NCBI GenBank assembly: GCA_964035545.1 | Contig: OZ037772.1 | Span: 5,398,233 to 5,462,232 of the forward strand | Direction: 5' to 3' | DNA length: 64,000 nt | Origin: Bugula neritina | Lineage: Eukaryota; Animalia; Bryozoa | Shown here: positions 1 to 11,762 of the stretch, one piece after another | Numbering within the stretch: position 1 is the stretch's first letter | Layout: every line of letters begins with the position of its first letter | Notes under the pieces: generated by a model | Database searches by the model: none | What the model was told of the DNA's origin: nothing | What the model saw: only the letters and a program-made list of their open reading frames with translations | Program-made: the position numbers and the translations under genes

Positions 1-53
1 TTAGCAGTTTGTACTTGTGACATTGGCACCTTTAATGCTCCAGATGTGAGTAA

Positions 54-96
<43 letters not shown>

Positions 97-130
97 ATTG
101 TTTACAGTATTATACTGAGAACCTAAAAAC

Positions 131-1579
131 CTGAAATAGATTATTTGCATCTGTTCCAAATTTTGACACCGTATACAAAGTGATGAGTATGGAGATCCAC
201 TTGTATCCATGGAGATAACTCTCTGTCTGTGTGAGCTATGCTTGTGTGTTCAGGATGATTATGCTGAGATGGCAGATAAAAGCCGTCAATAGCTTTCTCA
301 CCAAGGTAGTAAGCACTAAATTCAGTGGACAGATCAACTTTGTTACCTAAAATGCAGCCATAAGCAAGTCTAGTAAAACTTTAGTTTTGTAATTTGTTGC
401 ATTATCAAACTTTTGAATTATTAATAAAAACTTTTATAGCTTTTCTCTAAAAAAACCTTTATATACTTTTATACTTCAGTTATATGTTGTTTATTTTAAG
501 GTAGCTATCTTTATTTATTTTCCTTGGCCTTCAATTAGTGGAGGAAGATAACAAACTCTGAAATTATTTTGATTGACTTGCTAATTAATAATGGGTGCAG
601 GCAAAAGTTTTTTGCAATTCAACATTTTGTAGTATGCCTTAAAGCACCCTGCATGTTCTTAGAGTCAGTCTGACTATCAACCCTTGAACCTATGTAAGCT
701 TTTTTATGTTATTTTAGATAGCAGCAAATATAATAAAGACTTTCAAGCATCAATTTTTTTTACAAACTCACAGCATATATATATTTGTTTCTAAAATGAG
801 TCTGTAAATTCATTGTCTAGATTGTCTGTCTCTCACCTCTAGCAAGCAACATTGAGAACTCATAAATCTCAATGTCATCAGAGTGAATCAGTTTGACAGA
901 TGCTATTTCCTTAGTGTCAGTTGAGTTTACAATCACATTTGATGTTCTTGACATCTTGCAGGTGCTTGTAGCTCTCTCATATGACACAGCAGCACATGAT
1001 GTGTTGATTGCACAAACAAACAGACAGTGTTGGTGTGTGGGAAGGTATTTTGTGTTGTGTATTTCCAGTAAGGACGAATAGTTCTGGTTAGTGTACACAC
1101 CTATTGCTGAAACAGATGTAACATAATTATAACATATGAAATAAGTTTTATAATGATCATAATTCAAAGTCCAACTTTTATGGTAAACTAAATGTAATAA
1201 TGCAAACTCAATAAGGAAACAGTATGTCTTGCAGGTTTTTTTTAAATATAACTCTGCGCAAACAAAGAAACAGAAATTACAATCTGGCAACTAACATAAA
1301 CAAATAAAATTACCTCAAATTGTAAACTGCTTTATGTGCAGGAAAATAGCAATACATTGAGTAACGGAGTTATGTTGGTCATAGAATTTAACACAGCTGA
1401 GCTCGACAAATATTAACTGACATTATGTAGTTAAAAAAGAAACATGCTATAGTGAATTTCATTTTTTGTCTAGTTTGTTTTTTTTCAGTATTATTAAATT
1501 AAGCAAACTTACTGCATGAACAACTAGCCTGAACAACCGTGAGCAACAAAACCAGAATTTCATTTATCCAACCCATCAT
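131..1579 (-). pseudogene. PAN/apple + F-type lectin paralogue A; last exon lies off the window; premature stop in exon 3
   Basis: Exons: 1579-1513 (signal peptide MMGWINEILVLLLTVVQASCSC), 1106-837 (270 bp PAN, C-x3-C-x5-C-x11-C) and 346-131 (F-type N-half, ...AIDGFYLPSQHNHPEHTSIAHTDRELSPWIQVDL...KIWNRCK*). All introns are GT-AG phase 1. TAA at 143-141 falls where paralogues B, E and F have H. Confidence 0.8.
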
Positions 1580-1743
1580 TGTCTAGCTCTAGTAATCTTG
1601 TGTCCAGGTACATCTGTTGATTGCAGAATGTATGAACTGTCTCGCATTACAGCTGCAACTTAATTGGCAACCATTAATATTTAATAAACTTTTTTCCCAC
1701 TGGGTAACTTAACAGTTTTTGTATAATCCTTTGCAATAGGTAT

Positions 1744-2194
1744 TGTATCGGTTTGTGTTTGTGTCTGGTTGCAAGATATGCTTTAACTACTAGCCAACTT
1801 GGCAACAGGTTTTCGAGTTTATTAACTGTCAAATCGTACCCTATAAAATGGGAAACATTAGAAATTGTATAAATAAGTAGTCACAATATAAATCAAAATT
1901 CAGAGGAACACTATGAATATTACAGAACCAAAAAATTGACATGAACTATTGTAATTCTAATAAACTTACAATATTGATGCGTGGATAAAAATCTTAGCCA
2001 TCACAATACCGAAACCGATAGTTTATTCATACAAAGAGTGTAAATATGGCGGTTTGATCATGATACACTGACTCATGCAGTACAGTGAATGAACTAGCTC
2101 TGCCAGCTAATAGTAGCTTTGGTGAAAGCTTTTGAAGCTTGAAAGCTTTAATGATTGGCTGCCTGCCAATACTTCTGGGTGGCATACCAATACA
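1744..2194 (-). repeat. 3' LTR of BEL/Pao element
   Basis: 451 bp, TG...CA termini, no difference from 7471-7921 found by eye. Confidence 0.95.
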
Positions 2195-2423
2195 TCGGTG
2201 GGGTCGAATTGTTTGGCAGATACTATTCTGACAAATATTGATAAATTATGTAAATCAAAACAAACAAAACAAACAAAACAAAATAGGATCAGTCACAGAC
2301 CATGAAATTCTTGCACCAATCCGCTGACCCCTCCGCGCACCAGCCCGTCCCCCGAAAAATGGTTGAATGCAGACCCCTCCAGCGACACGAGCGTACACGC
2401 GGCCAAGAAGGTAGATCAGTCAT

Positions 2424-5400
2424 TTATGGGTTCACTTCAGTTAATAAAGCCAACCTATGCACGCTGCGGGTTATGATATTGTCTTTACAGCCTACATAGT
2501 CCCTCAGTTTCCCTGCTACCTTATAGTTTTTGTAGGAAAAGGCTACTTTTCTTACTACGCCATCCTTGCTCGGATATACTTGATGTACTCGAGCTAGTTT
2601 ATACTGATTACGCAGCTGATTTGGATCCATAACCACTACAACATCTCCCACCTGAAAGTTTCGTCTTGGGGTATGCCACTTTTGGTGATGAATCAGTGTG
2701 GGTGCATACAATTCGGTCCACTTCCGCCAGAAGTCATCTGAGACTGTATTTACCAAAGCCAGTCGCCCCCTTAAGGAGTAGTCTGTATTCCAGTTGCCAG
2801 GATTCTTGATGAAGGGTCGTCCAATAAGTTGACAGTTAGGTGTTAATATGTTGATCTCAGAGTCTGAATCTGGCAGTAATCCCAATGGCCTTTCATTTAG
2901 TGTGTTTGCAGCTTCAGTGCAGATTGTGAGAAATTCTGTAGGTGAAAGCCGGCGGTTGCTCTTTGAAAATGTGAAACATCTCTTGACAGCCTTTATGAGT
3001 GATTCAGCAGCGCCCTGATACCAGGGGCTGTCACCAGGTCCAAATTCCCATTGCAACCCATTTTCTGCACTGGTTTTCTTGATAGAATCTTTGTCCATGC
3101 GTCTCCACATATCTTTGAGTTCTTTTTCTGCTCCAGCTAACTGTGTTCCAGGATCAGAATAAATCTTGGATGGCCAGCCACGAATGTTGACGAATCGAGT
3201 TAATGCCAACAGGAAAGAATCACTGTCATATCCGAAAACTGCTTCGATGTGTGCTGCTCGTGAACTGATGTCTGTGAATATTACTTCATAAGCTTTGCTC
3301 GAAGTTCTAGTCTGTTTTTCTCCTCTCACAATATACGGACCAAAAAGATCTATCATTACATTGTTGAATGGCGGTCCGGTCGTTAGTCGTTCTGTAGGAA
3401 GACTTCCCATCAGTTGATCAGTAAAGCGAGGTTGTTTGAGTCGACACATTTGGCATGATGTTACTATGCCCCTAGCAACCTTAGATCCTTGCATAGTCCA
3501 AAACTCTTCTCGGAATCTTGCGAGTGTTGCATCTCGGCCACGGTGATAGCTGTTTATGTGTGCCTGCCGCATTGCCAAGTAAGTAAAGTAGTGAGAGGTG
3601 GGAAAGATTGATTGCGTGTGCGTTTTAATCGCTGTCATGGGGTTATGCCTTAGGAGTCTACTGCCTACTATCCATACTTCACTCTCTGTCTTAATGGGGT
3701 GAAGCCTTGTGTATTTCTCTTTAATCTTGCTCAACTCAGAATCTATAGTGCGTTGTACCTGCTTCAGTAAGTAGAGTTTGGTCTGCCGTAGATCTTCCAC
3801 GGTGATGAGATCAGATTGGATTCCCTTAAAACTTTTGTATTTGAAGATGTTGCAAACTCGAGCTATTGTCCATGTTAGACTCTTGAGGCTGCTGAAATTT
3901 TCATATTTAATAAATGATTGGACTTCTGTTGATGCAGTGACGGTGTAAACTATTTTCTTCTCTCCAAAGACAAGCTCATTCGAGTCAGATGGCGATTTTA
4001 TATCCCATTGATCCTCAGGCAGATAGAGAAAATTTGGGCCTCTCCACCATTCACTCTCAGGTCCAATGTCATTGACAGGCTTCCCTCTTGTAAGCCAATC
4101 TGCTGTGTTTTCCTTGCCACTTACCCAGTGCCAGCAGCTCATATCCCCATTGGTTGCTCCCTGAATTTCTCCAATGCGTACACCTTCGTAAACATGAAAC
4201 CTTGTTGACTTCTTTTGGAACATCTTGAGCACCGTTTTAGAATTGATAAGCTGATAAACTTTCTCAAACTCATAGCGCATTTCAGTCTTAATAACTTGTC
4301 TGCCTCTCTTTGACCATACGGCCGCATTGAGTTCTAGTTGAGGAATCTTGAGTTGTTGTTTTATGGGTGCTATACGACATTTAGCTGTAGCTTTGTTTAC
4401 CCCTTTAGCAGTCGCTTTAGATTCTGCCCTCTCATTGGCCGGAACAGGCGTGGATTGTGTGATAGAGGTACTGCTAGTAAATTCATACTTTCTTTTAATC
4501 TCTACAGACATGGACATAGAGTCATTGACTTCTAAAGATCTGTTCAACTGTCCAGAACCGATTTGTCCTGCAGACTCAGTGTCTGGGTCTCCCGGGCTCT
4601 GTAAAGGGTCGGAATCATCGGCTGACTCAATCATACCACATTCAGTGGCTATAGTATGTGATTCACCATAATTTATAATAGTCTGAGGTCTTGAAAATGA
4701 CTTTGCAAACTGACTGGGAGATGCGTCGGGACTATTGACACTGTAAGTTGGCGTAGAAACTGTAGACAATTCAAAATCACAACTGTTGAGCGTGTCGTTG
4801 TGTATGCTTTGAGTGAATTCAACTTCCTCTAACTTCTCATGCGCCATGGTAGCCTGTACATGAAAAGATGAGGATGGAAGTGTAGAAAAGTTGCTAAGGG
4901 TAGGGTGTGATCCCTGCACACACAGTCCAAAGGGTCCGGAATATACATAGAGGTGAGGTCCTGCTTGATCAACTTGGTGTTTTGGATGCAATCCAAGAAG
5001 ATCGTTACCAATTAGCAGGTCGATGGGTCCCGTCTTCTTCAATAGCTTGTGAGTATCTACTTTCGGGAAGAGAGATTTGAGGATGTTTGCATCAAGTGGC
5101 CTGTTGATAGCCCCTGTGAGTTTCCGAAGGCTGTAAGCTAAAATCGAAAAGGTCCTTCCCTTTGGAGTTTGTAACTTTACTTCATAAATAGTAGAAGTTT
5201 CGCTAACTTCATGTTCACCAAGTGTGTTCATTTCCAAATTCACCTTATCTATCTGTCGCGCACCCCACGCTTTAGCGGCTCTCTCCGATATGAATGAAGC
5301 ATTGGATCCGCCGTCAAAGAATATAATAGCTGTATGAGATGTACCCACTACTTGGGCCTGCTGAATGGCAAATACTGTAGCATTTCCTGGATGATTGTGC

Positions 5401-7448
5401 GCTCCATGATTGGGAGACACACGGACCGTGGTGCTAACAGCAGACGCTTCAGAATTCTCGTTACTCTTGTGCTTAATTTGATTAGCTCTTGCTTTATTCT
5501 TGTTGGTATTACAATTGGTATGTGTATTAGTTTCAGCTGATTTGATGCACAATAATACATGGTGGGTTGTTTTATCACAGACTGAACAAGGGGTTCGGAA
5601 ATTTGGACAGCACTTGGGCTTATGGGCACCCAAGCACCTAGCACATAGAGAATTAGTTTTTATTAACTTGTATCTTTCATCTACAGACAACGCCAAGAAA
5701 TTTCTGCACTCAACAAGACAATGACGCTCACTGCGATGAATAAAACAGTAATTCTCACTATCAATGGTTTTGCTATTATTAGTAGACCTGTTACTACTAG
5801 ACTTTGGGCCACTGCTTTCAGTGTGGAACGCTTTCACCTTCTGTTTATGCATACTGGAGGACTGCGGGTTTACGGTTTCTATGCGTCTGAGGGCTATCTG
5901 CCGTTCTTGCTCTAGAAACCTCATGAGGTGTGGGAATGGCTTGATTCTCTCCTCGTGAGTAAGTATGTGAAAGTGTCTATCCCAGTCCCGTCTAATGCTT
6001 GTAGGTAATAGGTTTGCAAGAGTATCGACCTGTGGCAGCATAACAGTTTGCAACAGTCCCACTTCACCGAGTTGGCTGTACGAACTTTCTACTGCATTGG
6101 CCATTTTGACGAGTTCTCGTGCATCGCCTTCTTTTACTGGCTTTAGTTCTTGTAGATTGTTGAAGACTGCTTGCACACTCATGCTAGGATCATTGTAGAC
6201 CTCTTCTAATCTACACATCATTCTCTCATAAGCTTGAGGCTGAGTTGCAAAGATTGGCTGAACCATCTCCAGAGCTTCGCCTGTGAGAAATTTTTTTAAT
6301 TCACAAGCCCTATCGACATCATCGTAAAACATAGTGGCATACCTTAGCCACACTGACCTAAATTCCGGCCAATGGTATCTAGTGCCGTTAAATGGATTGG
6401 GTTGTGAATGAGTTTTATGTATAGATGAATTGAAGTTATTTCCACCTGTATGTCTAGAGTCATAACTTATTTGACTAGTTCCATTAGGGTAGCTATCATA
6501 TGCATTGACAACCGAGGAAGTTGCACCGCGAATCAAAAATTCAGAATGAGCTGCACGATCAGTACTACCATGTAGATCACGTACTGAGAATGTAGAAGAA
6601 CGAACATCTCTGACATTGGTACTTGCTATGACACCTGGATTTGACGCCAAAGCTTCACCGGATGTGTGATCTTCCCATAGTACCTGCCTATCACTACCGC
6701 TTGCTGTGACACCTGGATTTGGTGCAAGAGTAGCCTCATGTGTGCTAGGGTGTGATCTAGAAGAAAACAACCGACTCGACGCGACCATAGTCGGTGCATG
6801 ACTCGCGCCGTCTGAAGGTGACTCCCCACCCACACCACTCTCCGCAAGACCGGACCGGACTACGGACGGATCAGATTCACGGTGTTCGAAATTCATGTTC
6901 TGTGACTGAGCCTTTGACATAAGAGTAAACTTAGACATACAATAATCTAAAGATAAAATAACTTCATCTAGTTCTAATAATAAATCAGAAAAACCTATGG
7001 TATCTGCCAAACTTTCTGAAAGAGCTACACATTTCCTATGATGTTCAGTGATAAGAGTATTGTCAGTACAATCAGCAACTAATCCATTGGCTTTCTTAAT
7101 TGCTAAAATAAGGCTGTGCTTGATTTTATAGAATTTGCTATGCCAAGTATTACAGTCAGAAATAGCTTTGTCATAACTAGCCTTTACAGCTTGATAGTAC
7201 TCTACTGGACTCATCTTATTAACATAAGCAATGTCTTCCATAGATTCATCTGATGAAACGTATTCCAAAAAGTCATAATGGATAGTTAGAAACTCTTGAT
7301 ATGTAGATTCAAGCTGAGATCGCAGGCATTCCACTTGTGTAGAGTTGCTACTAGAGATTGCTGATTCTATGAGATTAGTTAGCATTGTTACCTTAGACCT
7401 CAGAGTAGTACGTTGCTTCTTGAGATTAACTATGTCCTGTCGGTCCAT
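2424..7448 (-). CDS. BEL/Pao gag-pol polyprotein (Gag, 3 zinc knuckles, aspartic protease, RNase H C-terminal part, integrase); RT absent
   Basis: 1674-aa ORF: Gag region (FNGTRYHWPEF...LKKFLTGEA), knuckles CFIH..H...C / CARCL.AH....C / CSVC...HHVLLC, protease FFDGGSNASFIS, Pao RNase H AKCRIAP...IPQLELNAA...ENTADWLTRG, integrase HHCC plus DLFGP / SDPG / WYQGAAESLIK. No YxDD-type RT motif lies between protease and RNase H. Confidence 0.93.
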   Translation of the reverse strand: MDRQDIVNLKKQRTTLRSKVTMLTNLIESAISSSNSTQVECLRSQLESTYQEFLTIHYDFLEYVSSDESMEDIAYVNKMSPVEYYQAVKASYDKAISDCNTWHSKFYKIKHSLILAIKKANGLVADCTDNTLITEHHRKCVALSESLADTIGFSDLLLELDEVILSLDYCMSKFTLMSKAQSQNMNFEHRESDPSVVRSGLAESGVGGESPSDGASHAPTMVASSRLFSSRSHPSTHEATLAPNPGVTASGSDRQVLWEDHTSGEALASNPGVIASTNVRDVRSSTFSVRDLHGSTDRAAHSEFLIRGATSSVVNAYDSYPNGTSQISYDSRHTGGNNFNSSIHKTHSQPNPFNGTRYHWPEFRSVWLRYATMFYDDVDRACELKKFLTGEALEMVQPIFATQPQAYERMMCRLEEVYNDPSMSVQAVFNNLQELKPVKEGDARELVKMANAVESSYSQLGEVGLLQTVMLPQVDTLANLLPTSIRRDWDRHFHILTHEERIKPFPHLMRFLEQERQIALRRIETVNPQSSSMHKQKVKAFHTESSGPKSSSNRSTNNSKTIDSENYCFIHRSERHCLVECRNFLALSVDERYKLIKTNSLCARCLGAHKPKCCPNFRTPCSVCDKTTHHVLLCIKSAETNTHTNCNTNKNKARANQIKHKSNENSEASAVSTTVRVSPNHGAHNHPGNATVFAIQQAQVVGTSHTAIIFFDGGSNASFISERAAKAWGARQIDKVNLEMNTLGEHEVSETSTIYEVKLQTPKGRTFSILAYSLRKLTGAINRPLDANILKSLFPKVDTHKLLKKTGPIDLLIGNDLLGLHPKHQVDQAGPHLYVYSGPFGLCVQGSHPTLSNFSTLPSSSFHVQATMAHEKLEEVEFTQSIHNDTLNSCDFELSTVSTPTYSVNSPDASPSQFAKSFSRPQTIINYGESHTIATECGMIESADDSDPLQSPGDPDTESAGQIGSGQLNRSLEVNDSMSMSVEIKRKYEFTSSTSITQSTPVPANERAESKATAKGVNKATAKCRIAPIKQQLKIPQLELNAAVWSKRGRQVIKTEMRYEFEKVYQLINSKTVLKMFQKKSTRFHVYEGVRIGEIQGATNGDMSCWHWVSGKENTADWLTRGKPVNDIGPESEWWRGPNFLYLPEDQWDIKSPSDSNELVFGEKKIVYTVTASTEVQSFIKYENFSSLKSLTWTIARVCNIFKYKSFKGIQSDLITVEDLRQTKLYLLKQVQRTIDSELSKIKEKYTRLHPIKTESEVWIVGSRLLRHNPMTAIKTHTQSIFPTSHYFTYLAMRQAHINSYHRGRDATLARFREEFWTMQGSKVARGIVTSCQMCRLKQPRFTDQLMGSLPTERLTTGPPFNNVMIDLFGPYIVRGEKQTRTSSKAYEVIFTDISSRAAHIEAVFGYDSDSFLLALTRFVNIRGWPSKIYSDPGTQLAGAEKELKDMWRRMDKDSIKKTSAENGLQWEFGPGDSPWYQGAAESLIKAVKRCFTFSKSNRRLSPTEFLTICTEAANTLNERPLGLLPDSDSEINILTPNCQLIGRPFIKNPGNWNTDYSLRGRLALVNTVSDDFWRKWTELYAPTLIHHQKWHTPRRNFQVGDVVVVMDPNQLRNQYKLARVHQVYPSKDGVVRKVAFSYKNYKVAGKLRDYVGCKDNIITRSVHRLALLTEVNP

Positions 7449-7470
7449 GTCGCCTCAGCAATATTGGTAC

Positions 7471-7921
7471 TGTATCGGTTTGTGTTTGTGTCTGGTTGCA
7501 AGATATGCTTTAACTACTAGCCAACTTGGCAACAGGTTTTCGAGTTTATTAACTGTCAAATCGTACCCTATAAAATGGGAAACATTAGAAATTGTATAAA
7601 TAAGTAGTCACAATATAAATCAAAATTCAGAGGAACACTATGAATATTACAGAACCAAAAAATTGACATGAACTATTGTAATTCTAATAAACTTACAATA
7701 TTGATGCGTGGATAAAAATCTTAGCCATCACAATACCGAAACCGATAGTTTATTCATACAAAGAGTGTAAATATGGCGGTTTGATCATGATACACTGACT
7801 CATGCAGTACAGTGAATGAACTAGCTCTGCCAGCTAATAGTAGCTTTGGTGAAAGCTTTTGAAGCTTGAAAGCTTTAATGATTGGCTGCCTGCCAATACT
7901 TCTGGGTGGCATACCAATACA
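7471..7921 (-). repeat. 5' LTR of BEL/Pao element
   Basis: 451 bp, TG...CA termini, followed by TSD GGTAT. Confidence 0.95.
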
Positions 7922-9291
7922 GGTATAATGAGGTTTTAAAATTTTCATCAAAAGGAATTTAGAATAATTTTATTGATTTTCCTTTATAGTGATAATTATA
8001 TGTAACTCTATGAGTTTTGGTCTCGCAAAATAAAATCTGTTGGGCAAAATGGACTAACTGAACTAATTGTTGTAGTATTAGTTACTGAGCAATACTCAGT
8101 GTCACTTCAACATGGCTTAGTAACCAAAACCAGATAAATGTTTTCAAGTTCATGTTGATCAAAATTATTTATGAGAAATCATTATAAAAAAAAGTGTTTA
8201 TACCAAAATATCTATCTCCTAAAATGACAATTCTATTGCATATAATTCGACTTTCAAGTACCAGCCAAATGGCAAATTTTTAAAGAGTTTGCTCTCTATA
8301 TACAAAATTTCAACCTATTCACATTGAGAGGAAATAACTCTCAATTATAAAGAGGATATCGAAGACCTCTGAAATGTCATCACGTGCAGCGAAATGCTCT
8401 AAATATATTGAAACAAATAATTTAGCTTTAGGCAGCTAATAAAACAGTAAAATACATGCATGTCACATATTTTGCATACTTGCTAATTATGGACTGTGTG
8501 TTAGTATAATTATGTAGAGTGAAGGTCAGTACAAATTTACATTGTGTTATAATATATTTGGTGCTTAAAGTTTTGTGTTTTATAGTTTATAATATGTACT
8601 TGATATTTTGCACCCACTATTATAATTTGCATTTTACACCCTATATACATTTTTTAAAACCTCATCCATGTGAGTGATTTTACCTAATTTAATACACATT
8701 TGAAATCTCCAATTTTAGCTATTTTTTACAATTTAGCTGCTAATGAACATGGAATTTTGCCCAGAAATAGCAAAGTAATAGTGAAGGCACCTAAATAGTT
8801 CGTTTAATTTTGCTTGAATTCCCATGCTTTTTCCTAATTATTCAACTACTTTTGATTGCGGACCATTACAAAAGAACGTAAGTTCTTTCATCTAATGCAT
8901 GCAGTTAAAAATATATATCCAGTATAAAGTTCCATGATATAACCTGCGTAGTAAAATTTCTACAGTAAAATTTGATATAACTGCAAAGAATAAGCAAACG
9001 CTCCAAAAGAATCATGATTACCGAAATTAAATTTTGTACAGGTCAAAGTTGTACACAGCTGCAAAAAAAGTTATAAATAAAATAGTCGTATGTTTGGAAT
9101 TTTCATATAAACTAAAAGGGTCATTGTTCACTTCACACCTTGCCCAGGTTATTTCTTTCAAATGTTTGGCATATTATAGTTTTTTTTCACTGGGTTATTA
9201 TTTGTTGTAAATATATTATATTAACAGTGACTGAGAAAACATAAAAAGGTTTCTACTATCATTGTATTTTATTATCTATATGTAAATGATA

Positions 9292-9345
<54 letters not shown>

Positions 9346-9415
9346 CAATTATCTATCTAAATTATGATGAAATTTTTTTTTCGCATTTGGCAACATAAAA
9401 TAATTTACAAGAACT

Positions 9416-11762
9416 TTATTCCAATAATTTGAGACCGTGAATTTCTAACTCATAGATATTGAGAAACTTATTCACTTCAACAGCTGTTACTCTCACATAT
9501 CTACCATACATTCTAGTACGACATGTAACCAGAAATATATCTGCAGGCTGTGGTTGTCCAGGAAGGTAGTCACAGATCTCATCTTCTGATGGATCATCAA
9601 AGTTAGTGTCAGTTTCACCAACCGTAACTCTTACATTAGCCAGTCTTCTAATAACCCCTTTTAAAAAATTATTGAATGCGGTTGAACGATCATCGACAAG
9701 TATCTCAAACAAACTAATAAAAAAAATCAATGTCTTTTACTCCTTAACACATTTGTATTACTAATATTTGAGGGTTACTTTATTACTCAGCTTAACACAC
9801 CTCTCAAACTTGCACTTTCTGTCATGTGTGTTATGCCACATAACATGAGGTTACCTTTGGTCACATTTCACTGCTATGGTAGCAGAAAAAAACATACTTA
9901 AGTTTATAGTCGCTCTCCCTGTGAGACACCCCTGATGGAAAGTGTTTTTGTTAAAGCAGGCTAAGAAGTTATTTAAATAAGGCACAGGAGCAATTATGAC
10001 TGGATGCTCTTCCTAACATCATCGTGCTTAGTATAGTAAGGCAAATGCTCTATATTTTTTTAGACCACAGCTGCTCTATGTGTCATGTTTGAAATGTGAC
10101 ATGAGTCAATTATGAAACATTCTCTCTGGGACCAATCAGATGTGCCATATGTATCATATATCATGTGTCATGTGTCGTGTTTCAAACAAGATGTGTCACA
10201 TGCATGTCATGCCTCATGTATCATGTGCTATATGTCATCTAAAATATGTCATGTTAGATGATTTATTTGACATGGCTCAGGTGACATGTGTAATAGGGGC
10301 GGATATAATATCATTCACACATGCTATATTTTTTATGTGTAATACTCATGTAAAAGTGACAAAAACTATTTTCTCACACTTGAATAATTACAAGACATTT
10401 ATAGTTTTCTAATTCTTTAACACAGCAATTCTCAACAAACCAGGATTTGGGTGTTCAGATCTGTTCCAGATTTTGACACCATACACAAAGTGATCAGTGA
10501 GAAGATCAATCTGTATCCATGGAGACAGTTCCCAGGTTGTGTGGGCCATGCTATCACGCTCAGAAATATCCCACTGAGAAGGAAGATAAATCCCATCAAT
10601 AGCCTGACCACCATCAAAGTTTCTAAGCCTAGTAGATAGAGTGACAGATTTTCCTGTAGCAAACATTCATAACAACAAACATTGACATCATTTTACATTT
10701 TTAATAAATCTTAAGAGTTTCAACTACAATTGTTAAAATGCTTGAACTATATTTGCTAATATTTTTAGTTTTAGAAGTTTCAGGAACCATGCAGGCCATA
10801 AAGTATAACTAAATTAAACTTTTTAACACATTTTACTAGTGTAGCAAACCAGTTTTTTAGCCTTTATCATAAACTGTGAACTTTAAAGTTGAAGCAAATA
10901 TTTTTTTTTAAACAAATTTAACAAACTGCATAGAACAAAGCTTTTCTCACCGCTAGCAAGCAGCGTTGAGAACTCATAAACCTGAGTGTCATCAGAGTGA
11001 ATCTGTTTGACAGATGTTGTTTTCTTGGTGTCAGTTGAGTTGACAATCACACTAGGTGTTTCTGACATCTTGCAGGTGCTTGTAACTTTATCATATGACA
11101 CAGCAACACATGATTGGTCAATTGCACAAACAGCCAAACAGTAATTGTGAGTGGGAAGGTATTTTATGGTGTGCATCTCCAAGATGGATGAATAGTTTTG
11201 GTTGGTGTACACACCTATTGCTACAACAGACATAGCCTATAATGTATATAGTATTGACAATTTTTTAAAAATCAAACAATTACTAATTTGATGTAGTATA
11301 AAATAGTTCACTTTGACCCAGAGCAACAATTTGCAAACAAAATTATAAATTGACATGCAATATGACAAACCCGATGTCCTTAAAAAATTTATAATTCTAT
11401 GTTTTAAGACTATATCAAAATTGCGCAGTATCAAAAAAAAAGTATGCATGCATAATATATAAAATATATGATATATAGAAACAGTTTTGGTATTACTTAA
11501 AAACACTAACTAAACAAGTTTGAAATGCAATGAATTATTGAGCAAAGATGCTATAGTAGAGTTTTGAACACTTGTCAGTGGTATACACAGTAAATGACTT
11601 GGTAAATATATAGGGTGACAGTTTTTTTTTTTTTAATTTTTATAAAAGTTTGGTTTTGACTATATTTTTACATTACAAAATAAAGTAAACAAACTTACAG
11701 CATAAACAGTCAGCTTGAGAAACTAAAAGAACTAAAACCAGAATTGCATTTATCCAAACCAT
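9416..11762 (-). CDS. Secreted PAN/apple + F-type lectin, paralogue B (intact, ~262 aa)
   Basis: Exons 11762-11699 (MVWINAILVLVLLVSQADCLC), 11220-10951, 10653-10441, 9657-9416; GT-AG phase-1 introns; total 789 nt in frame. Motifs AIDG, AHT, PWIQIDL, H-x26-R, GRYVRV, LNIYELEI. Confidence 0.88.
9899..10077 (-). mobile_element. SINE copy (same family as 33171 and 34267) in intron 3 of lectin B
   Basis: Reverse complement aligns with 33171-33374 (GATGTTAGGAAGAGCATCCAGTCATAATT...CCTGTGCC...TCACAGGGA...TATAAACTT). Confidence 0.65.

Larger units (their letters stand above)
1744..7921 (-). mobile_element. BEL/Pao LTR retrotransposon, internally deleted (no RT)
   Basis: Two 451-bp direct repeats TGTA...TACA (1744-2194, 7471-7921) flanked by 5-bp TSD GGTAT (1739-1743, 7922-7926). 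Single gag-pol ORF with BEL/Pao motifs. Confidence 0.95.
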
